Positions 49,182-52,015 of a DNA stretch of 52,015 nt are shown in pieces; the stretch's first letter is position 1, and each line of letters begins with the position of its first letter. A model generated the notes under the pieces. The model saw nothing but the letters and a program-made list of their open reading frames with translations, ran no database searches and had not been told where the DNA came from. The DNA is taken from the NCBI GenBank assembly GCA_030141605.1, contig JAQGDQ010000607.1, forward strand, positions 1 to 52,015, given 5' to 3'. The DNA is from Tubiluchus corallicola (Eukaryota; Animalia; Priapulida). A program made the translations under genes and the position numbers.

Positions 49182-49321
49182 AGGGTGCGTAAAACATTAC
49201 TAAGGCATGTTTCTTCCTCTTGAGAAATGATTTAAAATTTTCATCACTGAGATGCTCCACATTGCTGGGGATCTCTTCCCAGGCTGGTTCCGGTGGAGGC
49301 GGAGGGGGCGGCTCCTTTGGA
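49182..49321 (-). CDS. PDIA5: PDIA5-like exon (DPKEPPPPPPPEPAWEE...LKRKKHALVMFYAP)
   Basis: Acceptor ttacag, donor T|gtaagt; the poly-Pro linker and KKKH.LVMFYAP are characteristic of PDIA5. Confidence 0.92.
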
Positions 49322-49367
49322 CTGTAAGATAACGATTGAACTTTGACATCAGTAGATAGCTGGTCTA

Positions 49368-49692
49368 CAGTCATTTGCAAAAGTTTAAGACCAAAGTGAT
49401 TTTTTCATGAAAATTGACAAAACCATTATTTAACACGGTTCCATTTAAAAACTATTCATTTATTCTTCGAGAAAAATATACTACAGCATAGTTTGTATGT
49501 TTTTATCCAAAAATAGTCACAGTCCTTGAATATTTTAGTACTTTGTTTGGCCGCCGAAGTTGTCAATCACTGCCTTCATTCTAAGAGGCATACTGGAAAT
49601 TAGGTTTTGGCAGTACTCGGAAGTAATTTCTTTAACCCAAACGTCCTTGATAACTCTTCGCAAGTCTTCAGCACTTGATGGCTGCCTGTCTG
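49368..49692 (-). mobile_element. Tc1-derived MITE, copy 4 (truncated)
   Basis: One TIR plus the transposase C-terminus; abuts an RTE fragment. Confidence 0.85.
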
Positions 49693-49719
49693 CCACTTTG
49701 TCCAGGCTGTTGGATAATC

Positions 49720-49880
49720 CAACCTTTTTCTTTCCAGACACAAGTTCTCCATAGAGCATCTTCTTTGGTATGTGGTTGTCTGGCATGTGAATCACATGTC
49801 CTGCCCACCGAACTTGTGTTTTGAGGAGAAGTGTATGGATGCCGGGGAGGTCAGCTCTTTTAAGTACCTCTTTTAAGTGC
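49720..49880 (-). mobile_element. RTE-clade LINE fragment
   Basis: EVLKRADLPGIHTLLLKTQVRWAGHVIHMPDNHIPKKMLYGEL matches the RTE post-RT motif RWAGHV.RM...R.PK..LYGEL. Confidence 0.85.
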
Positions 49881-50405
49881 ATTCTTATAAAATGATCGCA
49901 TGTTATGGGTTATGATGAGTTTTGAGAGTACATATGTATGAGTACATGCGCACAAATGAAACTAATATTCAATATTAGTGCTTAATTGGAAATGACTATT
50001 TTGTTTATTTACAAGATTCTGTTTTAGTAACACACCACAAGAAGTTATTGGCAAATGTGCAAAAGCCAATGCGGCGCTGTTAAAAAGCAATTACGTAGTG
50101 AAAGGGTTAAAAAATATACATTTTGTAATTTACGCTGCTCTATAATTCATCCTTTTAGTTGTAATGATAAATAAACTTATGAGTTATAATTCCAAAATAT
50201 TCCATTTTTGCTGGTTAGGTAAATGGCTATTCATATATAAAATGGGCAAATTCCGAAAGCGCGAGTATTTTACTAACGACATTATAGCAAACTTGTAATA
50301 TTGTAATAATTCAAAAATATCAGATTTTGAAAATCTCACTTTCCTTGCCTTAAAAGATTGTTGTCTAGAACTGTTTATATATTTGAGCGGGAAATGAATA
50401 CTCAC

Positions 50406-50566
50406 TCCTTCATAAACTCCACGATTTTGTCTGCAGTTCTTTGCTGAATGTCGAATTTTGGCTCCCCGCTTTGAAAATATTTCGTAGTCGGAAAACCTTT
50501 TATTTCGAACCGTTCGGCGAGCATTGTCTCTTTAGTTGCATCAACGGCTGCTAGGATCCCATCAAT
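50406..50566 (-). CDS. PDIA5: PDIA5-like exon (IDGILAAVDATKETMLAERFEIKGFPTTKYF...EFMK)
   Basis: Acceptor ttgtag, donor GA|gtgagt; phase 0 to phase 2; cis-Pro GFPT motif. Confidence 0.9.
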
Positions 50567-50619
50567 CTACAACAGTAAACCCATGTGAAAAATGCCACTC
50601 TCTCTTTTACAAATGATTA

Positions 50620-50868
50620 CCGTATATACGTGTGTACAAGTCGACGTTATGTACAAGTCGATGTACATTTTAAGACCAAAAATTGATCATTTTATATATT
50701 ACCTGTGTACAAGTCGACCTTATGTGCAAGTCGATGTGCATTTTAAGACCAAAAATTGATCATTTTATATATTACCTGTGTACAAGTCGACCTTATGTGC
50801 AAGTCGATGTGCATTTTAAGACCAAAAATTGCATCATTTTATATATTACCTGTGTACAAGTTGACCAT
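50620..50868. repeat. About 73-bp tandem repeat derived from a pogo/Tc2-like terminus
   Basis: Starts ta|ccgtatatacgtgtgtacaagtcgac; about 3 units. Confidence 0.7.
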
Positions 50869-50984
50869 AATGTTAAGATCTTCCAGAGTAAATGATGTCA
50901 ACAATGGTCGAGTCATAAGTCATTATCCTACTCTGTTAGTGTGTAAGATACGTGCAAGCGCCTGGGCCGAGTATATTATGCTAG

Positions 50985-51213
50985 ATCATCATCATCATCA
51001 TCATCATCAACATCATCATCACCACCATCATCATCATCATCACCATCAAGATATCACCACCACCACCACCATCACCACACGACTATCATCATCATCATCA
51101 TCATCATCATTATCATCATCATCATTACCACCACCACCACCACCATCTTCATCACCATCATTATCATCATCACTGCTGCCACCACCACCACCATAATCAT
51201 CATCATCACCATC

Positions 51214-51247
<34 letters not shown>

Positions 51248-51253
51248 TCATCA
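50985..51253. repeat. (CAT/CAC)n microsatellite in a PDIA5 intron
   Basis: Direct inspection. Confidence 0.95.
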
Positions 51254-51380
51254 TGATCTATTTAATATGCACTGCAAAAGTTGTCAACAATAGTTATCAG
51301 TTATCAACAACAATTACTAGAAGTTTCTTAGAAATTTGGTACGACTTCATTTAAGGTTTACACTTAAAATAATAACCTAC

Positions 51381-51588
51381 TTTTTCGTCTTTTAATGTCA
51401 GAGCAGCTTCTTCAAATTCAGGTTTCATTTTTTTACAATGCCCGCACCAGGGGGCGTAAAACATCACTGCCACCGACGAATGATCGACGACAAACTCGTC
51501 AAACGTGTTGTCGGTTAAATGAACAACATTGGTGTCCTCTTTTTCTGACCACGACTCCTCTTTTGGCGCTTCTGCGGGAGGCTGCGGA
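51381..51588 (-). CDS. PDIA5: Protein disulfide isomerase A5-like exon (thioredoxin domain, MFYAPWCGHCKKMKPEF)
   Basis: Acceptor ttacag, donor AAA|gtaggt. Closely resembles the second catalytic domain of vertebrate PDIA5/PDIR. The gene continues 5' beyond the window. Confidence 0.9.
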
Positions 51589-52015
51589 CTGTAACAAGTC
51601 ACAAATAGTGAAAAGGAAAGCATTAATAATACATAATACATTAAAATTACTTGGCATAAAATCACCACCATTGTGTAGAATGCAATCAATAGATGGCAGT
51701 GCAGTCAAATGTTATAAAAAGAAACAGAATAACAGTATAGACTATGGACTGTAACAAGTCACAAATAATGAAAAGGAAAGCATTAATAATACATAATACA
51801 ATAAAATTACTTGGCACAAAATCACTACCATTCTGTAGAATCAGATGGTGCAGAATGCAATCAATAGATGGCAGTGCAGTCAAATGTTATAAAAAGAAAC
51901 AGAATAACAGTATAGACTGTGGACTGTGACAAGTCACAAATAGTGAAAAGGAAAGCATTAATAATATATAATACATTAAAATTACTTGGCATAAAATCAC
52001 CACCATTGTGTAGAA
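51586..52015. repeat. 160/175-bp tandem repeat containing the PDIA5 intron 3' splice site
   Basis: Units start at 51586, 51746 and 51921; the array runs off the window end. Confidence 0.93.

Noticed and set aside
49535-49882. 115-aa ORF as a gene
   Set aside because: Chance in-frame junction of an RTE LINE fragment and a truncated Tc1 MITE.

Overview
AT-rich, repeat-dense animal (bilaterian invertebrate-like) nuclear DNA with spliceosomal GT-AG introns. It is not prokaryotic and has no CRISPR array. Three intact-looking protein genes can be assembled by hand with consistent intron phases. (1) On +, a secreted pentraxin-domain gene of at least 7 exons (4567-27092; first ATG not located), with a basic pro-region and a C-terminal tail of three 21-aa repeats. 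(2) On -, a 2-exon 273-aa secreted LRR/LRRCT protein (33291-32212). (3) On -, the last 8 exons of a PDIA5/PDIR-type protein disulfide isomerase (51588-38343; three WCGHC domains in the window, ending KDEL). Also present: an intronless RPS28 retro-pseudogene, a possible decayed IgGFc-binding-domain gene, a 72-bp x18 minisatellite built from a hAT transposase dimerisation domain, 5S-rRNA-headed SINEs with RTE tails, a tRNA-derived SINE, two solo LTRs with 5-bp TSDs, Tc1/hAT/Kolobok/Tigger-like MITEs, LINE fragments, and many mini- and microsatellites. Most ORFs in the supplied track are artefacts of these repeats. All family assignments come from motif recognition, not database searches.
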